A stretch of DNA of 64,000 nt from Clostridia bacterium (GCA_017631325.1 JAGBTM010000053.1:7729-71728), one strand, 5' to 3'; numbered from the stretch's first letter, positions 1-10,672 are shown. The notes: generated from the letters alone by a model not told the origin. Translations and numbers: made by a program.

Positions 1-663
1 CACTGTAAAAAATGCTCCGATACGGGCTATATTGACGGTGTTAAAATGTGCAAGTGTCTTAAAGAGGAGCTTATCAAGGCAACCATCGCCTCATCGGGCA
101 TCGGCGACCTTATATCCGAGCAGTCCTTTGACAACTTCGACCTCTCACTCTACGAGGAGGGCACAGAGCGTGACAGAATGACGGCAAACCTTGCCCGCGC
201 AAAGCAGTACGCAAGGGACTTTTCAAAAAAGCGCTCAAATCTCTTGTTCGTCGGCACCACGGGTACGGGAAAAACCCACCTCTCCACAGCCATTGCGCGC
301 GAGGTTATCCACATGGGCTACGACGTACTCTACGACAGCATACACAACATTGTATCGGACTTCGAGGCCGATAAATTCAAGAGCGGGTACGGTCAGCTCG
401 AGCAAAAGAGCGAAAAATACCTCGAATGTGACCTTTTGATTATCGACGACCTCGGCACTGAGTTCTCAAACCAGTTCACCGTGTCCTGCATCTATAATCT
501 TCTCAACACACGTCAAAATCACGGCAAGGCAACCATAATCTCAACCAATCTCTCCCCCGAGGAGCTCTCGGCAAAATACGAGGGAAGAATTTACTCCCGC
601 CTAGTAGGTAAAGACACGACGGTGCTTATGTTCGTTGGCAAGGATAGACGCCTTTATAGATAA
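1..663 (+). CDS. DnaC/IstB-like AAA+ ATPase (helicase-loader family), 5' truncated by the window edge
   Basis: Frame is open from position 1 (HCKKCSDTGY...CKC Zn-knuckle). Walker A GTTGTGKT, Walker B LLIIDDLG, STNL and SRL motifs. Confidence 0.8.
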   Translation, partial: HCKKCSDTGYIDGVKMCKCLKEELIKATIASSGIGDLISEQSFDNFDLSLYEEGTERDRMTANLARAKQYARDFSKKRSNLLFVGTTGTGKTHLSTAIAREVIHMGYDVLYDSIHNIVSDFEADKFKSGYGQLEQKSEKYLECDLLIIDDLGTEFSNQFTVSCIYNLLNTRQNHGKATIISTNLSPEELSAKYEGRIYSRLVGKDTTVLMFVGKDRRLYR

Positions 664-690
664 TCTACATTCAATATCAAAACAAAAACG

Positions 691-850
691 CTTTTAATAT
701 TAGAGTGATTAAAGCCGATTTTAATATTAGAGTAGAAGGCATTTAATATTAGGGCCAAAAACGTTTAATATTAGGTCCGAAAGCATTTAATATTATAGTA
801 GCAAAAACCTCATCAATTTGAAAGAGTAGCAAAAGCCTCATCAATTTTAG
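691..850. repeat. Degenerate tandem repeats: five TTTAATATTA cores, then two 28-bp units
   Basis: TAATATTA at 695, 722, 744, 766 and 788 (22-bp period for the last four). AGTAGCAAAA(A/G)CCTCATCAATTT occurs twice. Confidence 0.8.
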
Positions 851-883
851 AAGAACCATAGTCACAATTTTATTTAGAATAAC

Positions 884-932
884 AAAAGCGGCCAGAAAAC
901 CAATTCGGTTCCCTGGCCGCTTTTGTTTTTTG
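884..932. terminator. Bidirectional intrinsic terminator between convergent genes
   Basis: AAAAGCGGCCAG...CTGGCCGCTTTT hairpin with flanking A and T tracts. Confidence 0.75.
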
Positions 933-969
933 TGCTTTTTGCACATATTTATTTACATTTTGGCATTTT

Positions 970-1977
970 TTAGAGAAGTCTGATACCTGCCTTGCGACAG
1001 CCCTCAACCGTATCCTTGTCCCAAATACTGCACTGTACCTCACCGATATGCGCACAGCCGAGCATAAGCATACAAAGTCTTGACTGACCTATGCCGCCGC
1101 CAACGGTAAGAGGAAGCTCGCCGCGAAGAAGCATGCTGTGGAAAGGAAGCGTGCGTCTGTCGTTGCAGCCGCGTTCGGTAAGCTGACGGTCGAGCGACAC
1201 CTCGTCAACTCTGATACCCATAGAGGATATTTCAAACGAACGGGAAAGAACCTCGTTGTAGAAGAGAATATCACCGTTAAGCTCCCAGTCGTCATAATCG
1301 GGCGCTCTGCCGTCGTGAGGCTGGCCGTTCTTAAGCTTGCCGCCTATCTTCATAATAAGGACGGTGCCGTATTTCTTGGTTATAGCGTCCTCGCGCTCTT
1401 TTGAGGTGAGGTCGGGATACATCTCGAGAAGCTCCTCCGAGGTTATCGCAAACATACTGCGCTTGAGGGTAGTCTTATGCTCGGGAAACTCGCGCGAGAG
1501 CGCCTCGTTGGTATCGCATATAACGTCAACTATAGACTGCGCAGTATCTATAAGATACTGAATATTTCTATTCTCTCTCGTTATAACCTTTTCCCAGTCC
1601 CACTGGTCAACGTAGATGGAATGAATATTGTCAAGCTCCTCGTCACGCCTTATAGCATTCATATCGGTATAAAGACCGTTGCCAACGAAGAAATTATACT
1701 CCTTAAGCGCCATTCTCTTCCACTTAGCAAGAGAATGAACAACCTCAGCACACTCACCGACAGCAGGAACATCAAACGAAACGGGACGCTCGGTGCCGTT
1801 AAGGTTGTCGTTAAGTCCCGAGTTCTCGGTTACAAAAAGGGGCGCTGACACTCTCTTTAAATTAAGAGACTTGGCGAGCTTGTCCTGAAAGGTGCGCTTT
1901 ATAAAGGATATAGCCTTCTGCGTTCTGTAAACGTCATAAGAGCTTTTATAATTTTCGGGAATAAAAAGCTTGCTCAT
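970..1977 (-). CDS. asnA: Aspartate-ammonia ligase (asparagine synthetase A)
   Basis: Motifs SLAKWKR, HSIYVDQWDWE, HDGRAPDYDDW and GGGIGQSR. Confidence 0.95.
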   Translation of the reverse strand: MSKLFIPENYKSSYDVYRTQKAISFIKRTFQDKLAKSLNLKRVSAPLFVTENSGLNDNLNGTERPVSFDVPAVGECAEVVHSLAKWKRMALKEYNFFVGNGLYTDMNAIRRDEELDNIHSIYVDQWDWEKVITRENRNIQYLIDTAQSIVDVICDTNEALSREFPEHKTTLKRSMFAITSEELLEMYPDLTSKEREDAITKKYGTVLIMKIGGKLKNGQPHDGRAPDYDDWELNGDILFYNEVLSRSFEISSMGIRVDEVSLDRQLTERGCNDRRTLPFHSMLLRGELPLTVGGGIGQSRLCMLMLGCAHIGEVQCSIWDKDTVEGCRKAGIRLL

Positions 1978-2111
1978 ATTTTTTCCTATCCAAAGCTTAT
2001 TTTTACATTAAATGTAAATATATGTTATCAAATCAACCTGAAATTATGCATTATACCCTAAAACTTAGCGCACAAAATTTTATAAATTCGCGCACAGCTT
2101 AGAGCGTCAAA

Positions 2112-3617
2112 TTATTTAACCGCGGTGGTGTTACGGAGCATAACGTCGTGATATCCGCCCTCCACGATGCTTACCGAGGAAACGAGAGTGAGCTTAGCCT
2201 TCTGTTGCAGCTCCTCAATGGTGATAGCACCGCAGTTGCACATAGTGGACTTAACCTTGTAAAGCGACTTCTCTACGTTATCGTGAAGCGAGCCTGCGTA
2301 GGTTACGTAGGAGTCAACGCCCTCCTCGAACGAGAGCTTAGTCTTACCGCCAAGGTCATATCTCTGCCAGTTCTTTGCTCTGTTGGAGCCCTCGCCCCAG
2401 TACTCCTTAACGTACTGACCGTTTACCATAATCTTGGGTGTGGGGGACTCGTCAAATCTTGCGAAATATCTGCCGAGCATCATAAAGTCTGCGCCCATAG
2501 CGAGAGCGAGCGTCATGTGATAGTCGTGTACGATACCGCCGTCGGAGCAGATAGGAATATAAATTCCCGTTTCCTTGTAGTATTCGTCACGCGCTGCCGC
2601 CACCTCGATAACAGCGCTGGCCTGTCCGCGACCGATACCCTTAGTCTCACGGGTGATACAGATAGAGCCGCCGCCAATACCGATTTTAATGAAATCAGCG
2701 CCGCACTCTGCAAGAAAACGGAAGCCCTCGCGGTCAACTACGTTGCCTGCGCCTACCTTGACCTTGTCACCGTACTTTGCTCTGATGAACTCAAGCGTTT
2801 TCTTCTGCCAAACGGTATAGCCCTCGGACGAGTCAATGCAAAGCACGTCAGCGCCTGCCTTTACAAGTGCGGGAACACGCTCCTCGTAGTCACGGGTGTT
2901 GATACCTGCGCCAACAATATAGCTCTTGTTCTTGTCGAGAAGCTCTTGGGGATTTTCCTTGTGCTGAGAGTAGTCCTTTCGGAATACGAAATATTTAAGA
3001 TTACCCTTTTTATCAATTATAGGAAGAGAGTTAAGCTTGTTCTCCCAGATTATATCGTTTGCCGCCTTGAGAGTGGTTCCCTCGGGAGCTGTAATAAGCT
3101 TCTCGATAGGCGTCATAAAGCTCTTTACAAGCTCGTCACCTTCCATACGGCTAACTCTGTAATCACGGCCTGTAACTATGCCAAGCAGCTTTCCGTGTGC
3201 CGTTCCGTCGGAGGTTACAGCCATCGTGGAATGGCCGTTCTCCTCGGCGAGAGCGAGAACGTCTGAGAGAGTGCTGTTTGGAGTAAGGTTAGAGTCACTT
3301 ACAACAAAGCCGGCCTTGTAGGACTTTACCCTCGCTACCATAGCCGCCTGGTCCTCTATCGATTGAGAGCCGAAGACAAAGGAAATGCCGCCTTCCTTTG
3401 CAAGCGCAATGGCCATCTTATCGTCGGAAACAGACTGCATTATAGCGCTCGTCATAGGAATATTCATCATGATGGGACATTCCTCTTTGCCCTTCCTGTA
3501 TCGCACAAGGGGGGTGCGCAGAGAAACGTTTTGCGGTACGCATCTTTCGTCGGTGTATCCCGGAATAAGAAGATACTCGCTAAAGGTGCGTGAGGGTTCG
3601 TTAAAATAAGTAGCCAT
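2112..3617 (-). CDS. guaB: IMP dehydrogenase with CBS domains
   Basis: Catalytic loop [14 protein letters not shown] motif, 501 aa. Confidence 0.95.
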   Translation of the reverse strand: MATYFNEPSRTFSEYLLIPGYTDERCVPQNVSLRTPLVRYRKGKEECPIMMNIPMTSAIMQSVSDDKMAIALAKEGGISFVFGSQSIEDQAAMVARVKSYKAGFVVSDSNLTPNSTLSDVLALAEENGHSTMAVTSDGTAHGKLLGIVTGRDYRVSRMEGDELVKSFMTPIEKLITAPEGTTLKAANDIIWENKLNSLPIIDKKGNLKYFVFRKDYSQHKENPQELLDKNKSYIVGAGINTRDYEERVPALVKAGADVLCIDSSEGYTVWQKKTLEFIRAKYGDKVKVGAGNVVDREGFRFLAECGADFIKIGIGGGSICITRETKGIGRGQASAVIEVAAARDEYYKETGIYIPICSDGGIVHDYHMTLALAMGADFMMLGRYFARFDESPTPKIMVNGQYVKEYWGEGSNRAKNWQRYDLGGKTKLSFEEGVDSYVTYAGSLHDNVEKSLYKVKSTMCNCGAITIEELQQKAKLTLVSSVSIVEGGYHDVMLRNTTAVK

Positions 3618-3670
3618 AACCTTTTTCCTTTTCTTTATTTTCTTATTTTACAAATATTTTATTAGCATAT

Positions 3671-3699
3671 ATTCTACCACAACTATATTTTTTTGTCAA
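3671..3699 (-). promoter_or_regulatory. sigma-A promoter of guaB
   Basis: TTGACA-17 bp-TAGAAT with TG extension. Confidence 0.7.
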
Positions 3700-3824
3700 T
3701 ATATTTATTTCTTTTAATAAAAATTTATAAAACATATCAAAAAACGGGCGTGCCCGAAAACGCAGTTTTTGGGTACGCCCATAACGAAATTTGCCCCTCG
3801 GGCAAGTGAAGTACTTTGCTATAA

Positions 3825-3900
3825 ATATTTACTCCTCAAATTTGAAATATTCACTCGTCAAATTTGAAATATTCACTCGTCAAACGTGAAATATTCGCTG
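3825..3900. repeat. 22-bp tandem repeat (TGAAATATTCACTCGTCAAATT), about 3.5 copies
   Basis: Direct inspection. Confidence 0.8.
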
Positions 3901-3988
3901 CGCGAGCGCGGGAGGTAGGTCCCACCCCGTTATTAGCTCTCCAGTTGAAACGATGACGCGTCAGTTATGCGCGGGGCAAATTACAGGC

Positions 3989-4492
3989 TCATCTTCCTCT
4001 CGAAAGATTGATTTTCTTTATCAAAATAGCACTTACAACGCCTATTGCAACGCCCGAAAGCGAGCCTGAAAGCAGAAGATACGGCAGGTAATACTGCACG
4101 ACGCTCGTGCCAAGTATAACCGATGCAACGACGGTCTGTGCGACGTTGTGCATAACTCCACCGACAACGCTTATGGCTATCTCGGATAAAGGCGTTATCT
4201 TCTTTAAAAGAACCATACAGCATAGGCTCACGATAGCACCCGATACGCTGTAAATAAAGCTCACAGGACTTCCGAAAAGCACCGAAACCATCACCACTCG
4301 CACAAAGGACACGGCCACAGCTTCCTTTATACCGAGCTTGTATAGTGTGAATATAACCGCTATGTTTGCCAATCCCATCTTAACACCCGGAATAGCAACA
4401 AAGGTGGGTATTCGGCTCTCAATATACGAGAGTATCAGCGCAAACGAAACCGAAAGCGCAAGAGTAGTTAGTTTTACAGTATTGTTTCTCAA
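3989..4492 (-). CDS. Gx transporter family / heptaprenyl diphosphate synthase component I-like membrane protein (EetB-like)
   Basis: Motifs PGVKMGLAN and HNVAQ; hydrophobic 167 aa. Confidence 0.8.
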   Translation of the reverse strand: MRNNTVKLTTLALSVSFALILSYIESRIPTFVAIPGVKMGLANIAVIFTLYKLGIKEAVAVSFVRVVMVSVLFGSPVSFIYSVSGAIVSLCCMVLLKKITPLSEIAISVVGGVMHNVAQTVVASVILGTSVVQYYLPYLLLSGSLSGVAIGVVSAILIKKINLSRGR

Positions 4493-4501
4493 AGCACTCT
4501 C

Positions 4502-4879
4502 CTATGATACTAAATCAACTCCACCCTCACCGCGTATCACAACGGAAACGCGATTTGGAAGACAGTCTATTCTCTCACCGACGTAGCGAATTTTGCCCCT
4601 CGCCTCGCAGGTGTGCGTCGGACAGCTTGAATAATTAAAGTACGCGGCTCCGCCCTCTATCACCAGAACGTTCGTTCCGCCGTTAATGGGAAATACCCCG
4701 TCTGAAAGAAGCGAATACTCCGCTACTGTCACACCGTTAACCTCTACTACGGCAACCTCACCCTCTTTGCGAGTGAGTTCCATCACGCAAAATGCCACAA
4801 GGGATACTAATATAACCGACAGAATTACTATAATATCTATGCGGTATTTTTGGGTTTTTTCCTTGTTTTCCTTAGCCAT
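4502..4879 (-). CDS. NusG domain II (DUF1312) protein (EetA-like)
   Basis: N-terminal TM helix, then SSCPTHTC...IDCLPNRV. Confidence 0.8.
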   Translation of the reverse strand: MAKENKEKTQKYRIDIIVILSVILVSLVAFCVMELTRKEGEVAVVEVNGVTVAEYSLLSDGVFPINGGTNVLVIEGGAAYFNYSSCPTHTCEARGKIRYVGERIDCLPNRVSVVIRGEGGVDLVS

Positions 4880-5021
4880 ATTTTTCTGCTTTCGTATTTG
4901 GTTTCTTTAATTTTTTAACGGTATTTTTTGCTGTTTTGCTAATCTTTATTTACATTCGGCGCTCCTTTTTCAAGAAGCGCCGTCTGTTTTGGTTTTTTAT
5001 AATTGGTTTTTCAGTTATGCT

Positions 5022-5834
5022 TTAGAAATGCGCTCCGCAAATAAAGTTACCCTCGTGAATACAATGAACGGGACATACCGAAACACACTCAGCGCAGCCT
5101 GTACAGAGCGAATAATCAATAGTAGCGAGATTATCTATAACCTTGATAGCGCCAAATTTACAGGTTTTCTCACACTTCATACAGCCGATACAGCCGTTAG
5201 GACAGCTTTTTCTGGTTATAACGCCCTTTTCGTGATTAGAGCACTCAACGACTACTCTTGAGGTGTCGTTTATAAGTCTTATAATACCGTTGGGGCACTC
5301 ACGAACACATATTCCACAGCCCACGCACTTTCTCGGGTCTATTCTTGCAACGTAGTCCTCAACGTATATTGCATCCTGAGGACAAGCTCTCATGCAGTCG
5401 CCGTAGCCAAGGCACGCCGAGGTACAGCTCTTATCTCCACCAAAGAAAAGATTTGCGGAGGCGCAGGTTTTTACACCCTGATAATCGTATTTTTTCTCAA
5501 CCCTGCCGCACTTGCCGTTACAGGCAACGTATGCAACCTGCTCTACGACGTCCTCGGCCTCAACACCGAGAAGCGTGGCAACGCACTTAGCGACGGCGTC
5601 ACCGCCCGGAATACAAAGGTTGGTTTTATCTGTCTCGCCGTTTGCGAGAGCCTTAGCGTAGCTGTCGCAGCCGCTATATCCGCACGCGCCACAGTTTGCA
5701 CCGGGCAAAGCCTCACGAATTGCTATCGCGCGCTCGTCCTCTTTTACAGCAAAGAAAACACTCGATACGGTAAGAAGCACCGCGCATATAATAGCGATAA
5801 CTACAAGAAGTAAAACGGGAACAAGAATGTCCAT
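5022..5834 (-). CDS. rnfB: Rnf complex subunit B
   Basis: LPGANCGACGYSGC and multiple CxxCxxCxxxCP motifs. Start reassigned to ATG at 5834 behind an AGGGG RBS. Confidence 0.92.
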   Translation of the reverse strand: MDILVPVLLLVVIAIICAVLLTVSSVFFAVKEDERAIAIREALPGANCGACGYSGCDSYAKALANGETDKTNLCIPGGDAVAKCVATLLGVEAEDVVEQVAYVACNGKCGRVEKKYDYQGVKTCASANLFFGGDKSCTSACLGYGDCMRACPQDAIYVEDYVARIDPRKCVGCGICVRECPNGIIRLINDTSRVVVECSNHEKGVITRKSCPNGCIGCMKCEKTCKFGAIKVIDNLATIDYSLCTGCAECVSVCPVHCIHEGNFICGAHF

Positions 5835-5847
5835 ATTCTCTACCCCC

Positions 5848-6444
5848 TTAGGCAAGTAAATTCTCAACGACGCCTGCAAATCCATAGAACGCAAGAGCGA
5901 CTATGGAAGCGGCAACGAGAGTAATCGGAATACCCTTAAACGGCTTTGGTGCCGGGCAATTCTCTATTCTCGAGCGAACGCCTGCGAAAAGCACCATCGC
6001 AAGAAGGAAGCCGAGACCTACACCGAGCGAGGAAACCATCGAGGTGATAAAGTCGTATCCCGCAGTAATGTTGTTGATGGTAACGCCAAGCACCGCGCAG
6101 TTAGTAGTTATAAGAGGAAGATAAACGCCGAGCGAGTTATATAGCGCGGGAATAAATCTCTTAAGAACTATCTCAACGAACTGAACGAGAGCCGCAATAA
6201 CGAGAATGAAGACTATCGTCTGTAAATATTCAAGCTTTGCAGGCTCAAGAATACAGGTGTAAATGGGGTGAGTGACCGCCGTAGCGCAGAGCATAACGAA
6301 GGTAACGGCGATACCCATACCGGAGGCCTGACTGAACTTTTTCGATACACCGAGGAAGGGACATATTCCAAGGAACTGCTGAAGAACGTAGTTGTTGATC
6401 AAAACTCCGCCCATAAGGACGAGTATGAGTGCCTTAATTTCCAT
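5848..6444 (-). CDS. rnfA: Rnf complex subunit A
   Basis: FLGICPFLGVS and YLPLITTNCAVLG. Confidence 0.95.
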   Translation of the reverse strand: MEIKALILVLMGGVLINNYVLQQFLGICPFLGVSKKFSQASGMGIAVTFVMLCATAVTHPIYTCILEPAKLEYLQTIVFILVIAALVQFVEIVLKRFIPALYNSLGVYLPLITTNCAVLGVTINNITAGYDFITSMVSSLGVGLGFLLAMVLFAGVRSRIENCPAPKPFKGIPITLVAASIVALAFYGFAGVVENLLA

Positions 6445-7177
6445 TTTCCTCTACCTCCTTCGTTTCTGTATTTTCGCTCTCTACCATAGTAAGCTCAAGC
6501 ATCTCAGAGCAAGAGGTCTTGTTACATATATGGCTCGAGGGACAGCCCTCGCAGGAAAAGGACTTTCTCTTTACGCCGCCGCGCTTTTCGGTAATTTTAT
6601 TCATAAGCGCGATAACGAGACCGTATACAAGAAATCCTCCGGGCGCCTGTGTGAGAACGGGAATTTTGAAGCTTGCAAGAAAGGGTATCTCAAAGCCCGC
6701 AAAGCTTCCGTTACCTATAACCTCGCGCACGGTAGCCATAGCAACGAGTGCAACGAGGAAGCCTATTCCCATACCGACACCGTCAAGCGCTGAATCTAAA
6801 ACGGTATTCTTTCTCGCGAACATCTCTGCTCTGCCGAGAATGATACAGTTAACGACTATAAGTGCAAGATACACGCCGAGCATGTCGTAAATGCTTGGCA
6901 AGAACGCCTGAAGAAGCATCTGAACGACGGTAACGAATACGGCTATAATAACTATATAGCAAGGAATACGAACCGTGTCGGGAATGATTTTTCTAAGCGC
7001 TGAAATAACTACGTTTGAGCACACGAGAACCAAGGTTGCGGCAATTCCCATCGAAAGAGCCGAAATAACCGAGGTGGTCGTCGCAAGTGTCGGACAGGTT
7101 CCGAGAATAAGGATTAAAACGGGGTTATCCTGTATAATTCCTCTAAGGAGGATAGCTAACTTTTTATTATTCGTCAT
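6434..7177 (-). CDS. rnfE: Rnf complex subunit E
   Basis: LGTCPTLA and LIVVNCIILGRAE; Cys-rich C-terminal tail. Confidence 0.93.
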   Translation of the reverse strand: MTNNKKLAILLRGIIQDNPVLILILGTCPTLATTTSVISALSMGIAATLVLVCSNVVISALRKIIPDTVRIPCYIVIIAVFVTVVQMLLQAFLPSIYDMLGVYLALIVVNCIILGRAEMFARKNTVLDSALDGVGMGIGFLVALVAMATVREVIGNGSFAGFEIPFLASFKIPVLTQAPGGFLVYGLVIALMNKITEKRGGVKRKSFSCEGCPSSHICNKTSCSEMLELTMVESENTETKEVEENGN

Positions 7178-7179
7178 TA

Positions 7180-8382
7180 TCAGTTACCTCCTGTAAGAAG
7201 CTCGTAAGCAGCGAATGCAGCAGCTATCGCGTCCTTATATCCGTTGGCGGTCATTGTAGCACCGGACGACCCCTCAACCGTCGAATAATCTTCCTTAGTC
7301 TTGTTATCAAAGCTGTCAATAAATTCACTGTTGTTAAGAAGAAGTCCGCCAATATCTGCCGTTTCATGCTCTGATACCACCATCGTATCAATTATTCTGC
7401 CATTTGAATCAATAGAAACCTTAACCACGATAGGCTTGCGCGAGGGATAATATTTCGACGGACCCTTCATTCCGTATCCATCTCCGTTAGTTACGATAAC
7501 GTAATTACCGCTTGCGCTGCTGTATGCCTCTACGAATTTTTTCTCATCAAGTGCGCCTATAAGGTCGGGGTCGGTAATTTTCGTAAGAACAGAGGCCTCA
7601 ATAATACCGTCTGCAGCAAGAGCCGCAGCGCTATCCTCAGCGCTTATATCAGTACCAACGACACTGCCTGCCTTCACACCGACGAAAGCCTCGCCTATAA
7701 CGTAAACTCTGCCCTCGGTGGACTCGTAAACCGCATCAACGCCCTCTATCACCTCAACCCTAAACCACTTGGTAAAGCTAAGTCCCGTAGTACCGAGAGC
7801 CTCGTTGCAGCTGTCCTGAAGTATCTGTTCGGGGGTTCTGGTGTCAACGTCAGCACCACCCGCGATAGCAGCTGCCTGAAGAGAGGCCTTGATAGCCTCG
7901 GAATAAGCCGCAGAGGTAAGAGTTGCGCCGGAAACGAGATAAGGAGTAAAGCCCTCGAGCGTCTGGTCCTTGTACTCACCGTCAAGGCCCTCAACGTAGG
8001 GGAATACATTTACGTCGTAGGAGTCGGTCTCCTGCTCCGCTATAACCTTAGTGCCAACCACCTTGCCGTCGGAGTTAATACCGCACATTATGACAAGACC
8101 CGAGCTCTTACCCGTTACGGTAGCCTGGAAAACGTATCCGCCGTCTGCCTTGTAGCCCTTGGTAATTGCCTTAGGATACTTGTCGCCAAGCTCGATTTCC
8201 TCGAAATTTTTACCGTCAGGTAAAACCTCAAGAAGCGCCTCGTTTGCCGCTGCGTTCTGATTTGCCGCAATTATCGGGCCCGTTATCACGTTTACAAGCG
8301 CAAGAAGAAGCGCCGAAACAAGACAAATAACGCCAAGCACGATAGTGGGCTTCATATTAGATTTGATATTTTCAAGCTTCAT
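7180..8382 (-). CDS. rnfG: Rnf complex subunit G, extended form with two FMN-binding domains
   Basis: Lies between rnfD and rnfE; N-terminal TM; two SGAT flavinylation motifs (VSGATLTS, SSGATMTA); 400 aa. Confidence 0.85.
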   Translation of the reverse strand: MKLENIKSNMKPTIVLGVICLVSALLLALVNVITGPIIAANQNAAANEALLEVLPDGKNFEEIELGDKYPKAITKGYKADGGYVFQATVTGKSSGLVIMCGINSDGKVVGTKVIAEQETDSYDVNVFPYVEGLDGEYKDQTLEGFTPYLVSGATLTSAAYSEAIKASLQAAAIAGGADVDTRTPEQILQDSCNEALGTTGLSFTKWFRVEVIEGVDAVYESTEGRVYVIGEAFVGVKAGSVVGTDISAEDSAAALAADGIIEASVLTKITDPDLIGALDEKKFVEAYSSASGNYVIVTNGDGYGMKGPSKYYPSRKPIVVKVSIDSNGRIIDTMVVSEHETADIGGLLLNNSEFIDSFDNKTKEDYSTVEGSSGATMTANGYKDAIAAAFAAYELLTGGN

Positions 8383-9326
8383 TATTTCTTACCCACCTTT
8401 CCAAAAGGCTTTCTTGAGCACAGCCTTTCAACGTAGGGAGAGAGAATATTCATAATAAGAATTGCGAACGAAACGCCCTCGGGATATGAACCGAAAAAGC
8501 GTATAAGAACCGTAATAAGCGCGGCTCCAAGGGCAAAGACCATCTTGCCGAGTGTGTTCGTAGGAGTGGTTACGTAGTCGGTTATCATAAAGAATGCCGC
8601 AATCACAACGCCGCCGCCAAGCACCTCGTAAAGAGCCAAATTAAAGTCCATCTTAATAATAAAGGAAAGCACGAAAACCGTACCTATATATATAACGGGT
8701 ATCTGCCACTTGATAACTCTACGCAAAATGAGGTATACACCGCCAACGATAAGCGCGATAGCGCAGGTCTCGCCAAGCGCGCCCATTCTGTTGCCGACGA
8801 GCATATCAATAAGCGAGGGGAGTGAGTCGGTTGCGCCCGACTTTATAGCCTCAAGAGGAGTTGCTCCCCCCACAAGCTCTGGGTCCATAAAGTTCGTTGC
8901 AACCTTATCGCCAACGCTTGAGGAGAAGGCTATGAGAAGAAGCACTCTCGACGCAACGGCAGGGTTAGCGAAGTTACAGCCTATTCCGCCAAAGAGGCAT
9001 TTTACTATAACAATAGCAAAGAACGAGCCTACTATACAGTGGTAAATCTCTGCGTTTGCAGGAAGGCTGAACGCGAGAAGAAGTCCCGTTACGGCAGCCG
9101 AAAGGTCGGATACCGTCTGTTCTTTTTTAACAAGAAGGTTAAAGAGAAACTCAAAAAGCACCGACGAGGCAACGCACACGGCGATTACGAGAAGCGCCGA
9201 AAGTCCGAACAGCACGACCGACGCCACAGCCGCGGGTGTGAGTGCTATCAGAACGTCCCTCATTATAACCTTAGTCGTAACTTTAGTCCTTATGTGAGGC
9301 GAAGAAGATACTATTAACTTTTCCAT
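8382..9326 (-). CDS. rnfD: Rnf complex subunit D
   Basis: SSSPH start, FGGIGCNFANPA, GATP and DYVTTP motifs. Confidence 0.95.
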   Translation of the reverse strand: MEKLIVSSSPHIRTKVTTKVIMRDVLIALTPAAVASVVLFGLSALLVIAVCVASSVLFEFLFNLLVKKEQTVSDLSAAVTGLLLAFSLPANAEIYHCIVGSFFAIVIVKCLFGGIGCNFANPAVASRVLLLIAFSSSVGDKVATNFMDPELVGGATPLEAIKSGATDSLPSLIDMLVGNRMGALGETCAIALIVGGVYLILRRVIKWQIPVIYIGTVFVLSFIIKMDFNLALYEVLGGGVVIAAFFMITDYVTTPTNTLGKMVFALGAALITVLIRFFGSYPEGVSFAILIMNILSPYVERLCSRKPFGKVGKK

Positions 9327-9337
9327 TTCCTATCTCC

Positions 9338-10672
9338 TTACTTTAATCCGGCCTTGTGAGCCTTGTATTCTCTGAGTGACGCCTTCATGGTGCGTATGTT
9401 CTCGAGTATAGGTCTGTTCGCAGGACAAACGAAGCTGCAGCTTCCGCACTCTACGCACAGATTTATGCGCGACTCATCAAGCAGCTGCATCTTGTCGTCA
9501 ACGTTATCGAGCTTTGCAGCTCTGCCAAAGGACGTTGGGTCGAGCAGCTGAGGACAAGCCTCGGTACATCTTCCGCAATGAATACAAGCAGTTGACTTGT
9601 TCGCAAGAGCGTCCTTCTTCGAGAGGGCTATAATTCCGCCCGTAGTCTTTATAACGGGCTCCTCGTCCGAGTAAATAGACACTCCCGTCATAGGGCCTCC
9701 GAGTATAATCTTTGCCGCCTCGCACTTAAGTCCGCCGGCAAACTCGATTACGTCGCGAACCTTAGCGCCGATAGGTACTATAACGTTCTTAGGCTCCTTG
9801 ACGGCGCTTCCGTCGAGCGTAACGCAGCGCGAGGTTAGAGGCATACCGTCCTTAACGTATTTTGCAATAAGCGCAAGGGTGGTAACGTTCATAACCATAA
9901 CTCCAAGCTCAATGGGGAGCTTGTTTTCAGGCACGGTTATACCGAGAGTATTGTATATAAGTACCTTCTCTGCGCCCTGGGGATAGAGAGTAGGCAAAGG
10001 CATTACCGAAACACTCTCGTCGTCGGCAAACACTCTTGCTACCGTCTCGATGCACTCGGGCTTGTTGGTCTCTATACCGAAAATAAATCTCGGCGTGTCG
10101 GGAAGATACTTTTTAAGTAGCTCGACGCCCTCAAATATAAGCTCGGGGTTATCCAGCATCATTCTTGCATCACATGTGAGATAAGGCTCGCACTCGGCTC
10201 CGTTTATAATTACGGTCTCGAGCTTGTTATTCTTTACACCCTCAAGCTTTACAGCCGTTGGGAAGCCCGCACCGCCAAGACCTATAATACCCGAGGCGTG
10301 AATTGCCTCTATAAGCGTATCGAGGTCCTCTACCACGGGAGGCTTAATATCCTCACAGACGGTCATAAGTCCGTCGCTCTCTATTCTGATGGACGGATAT
10401 TTTCTGCCGTCGGCACCAAGGTGCAAGTCAATTTTAGTTACCTTACCCGAAACCGATGAATATATAGGAGACGACATCTTGCCGTCAGCCTCTGCTATAA
10501 GCTGGCCTACCTTTACCGTGTCTGTCGCCTTAACTACGGGGATAGCAGGCTTACCGCGATGCTGAAGCGTCGGGAAAATAACCTCCGAGGGAGCGTCCAT
10601 TACGACAGGCTCGCACGATGCGGTAGATTTAAGGTGTGGTATACGTAGTTTACCTAAAAGCTTTTCAAACAT
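9338..10672 (-). CDS. rnfC: Rnf complex subunit C
   Basis: GLGGAGFPT, NGAECEPY, YPQGAEK and two 4Fe-4S motifs. Confidence 0.95.
   Translation of the reverse strand: MFEKLLGKLRIPHLKSTASCEPVVMDAPSEVIFPTLQHRGKPAIPVVKATDTVKVGQLIAEADGKMSSPIYSSVSGKVTKIDLHLGADGRKYPSIRIESDGLMTVCEDIKPPVVEDLDTLIEAIHASGIIGLGGAGFPTAVKLEGVKNNKLETVIINGAECEPYLTCDARMMLDNPELIFEGVELLKKYLPDTPRFIFGIETNKPECIETVARVFADDESVSVMPLPTLYPQGAEKVLIYNTLGITVPENKLPIELGVMVMNVTTLALIAKYVKDGMPLTSRCVTLDGSAVKEPKNVIVPIGAKVRDVIEFAGGLKCEAAKIILGGPMTGVSIYSDEEPVIKTTGGIIALSKKDALANKSTACIHCGRCTEACPQLLDPTSFGRAAKLDNVDDKMQLLDESRINLCVECGSCSFVCPANRPILENIRTMKASLREYKAHKAGLK

Noticed and set aside
1-663. IS21 istB transposition helper
   Set aside because: The N-terminal Zn-knuckle and overall pattern fit the chromosomal DnaC-like family; no IS terminal repeat is seen downstream (upstream context lies outside the window).
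2148-3266. 372-aa + strand ORF
   Set aside because: Antisense shadow of guaB with no recognisable motifs.
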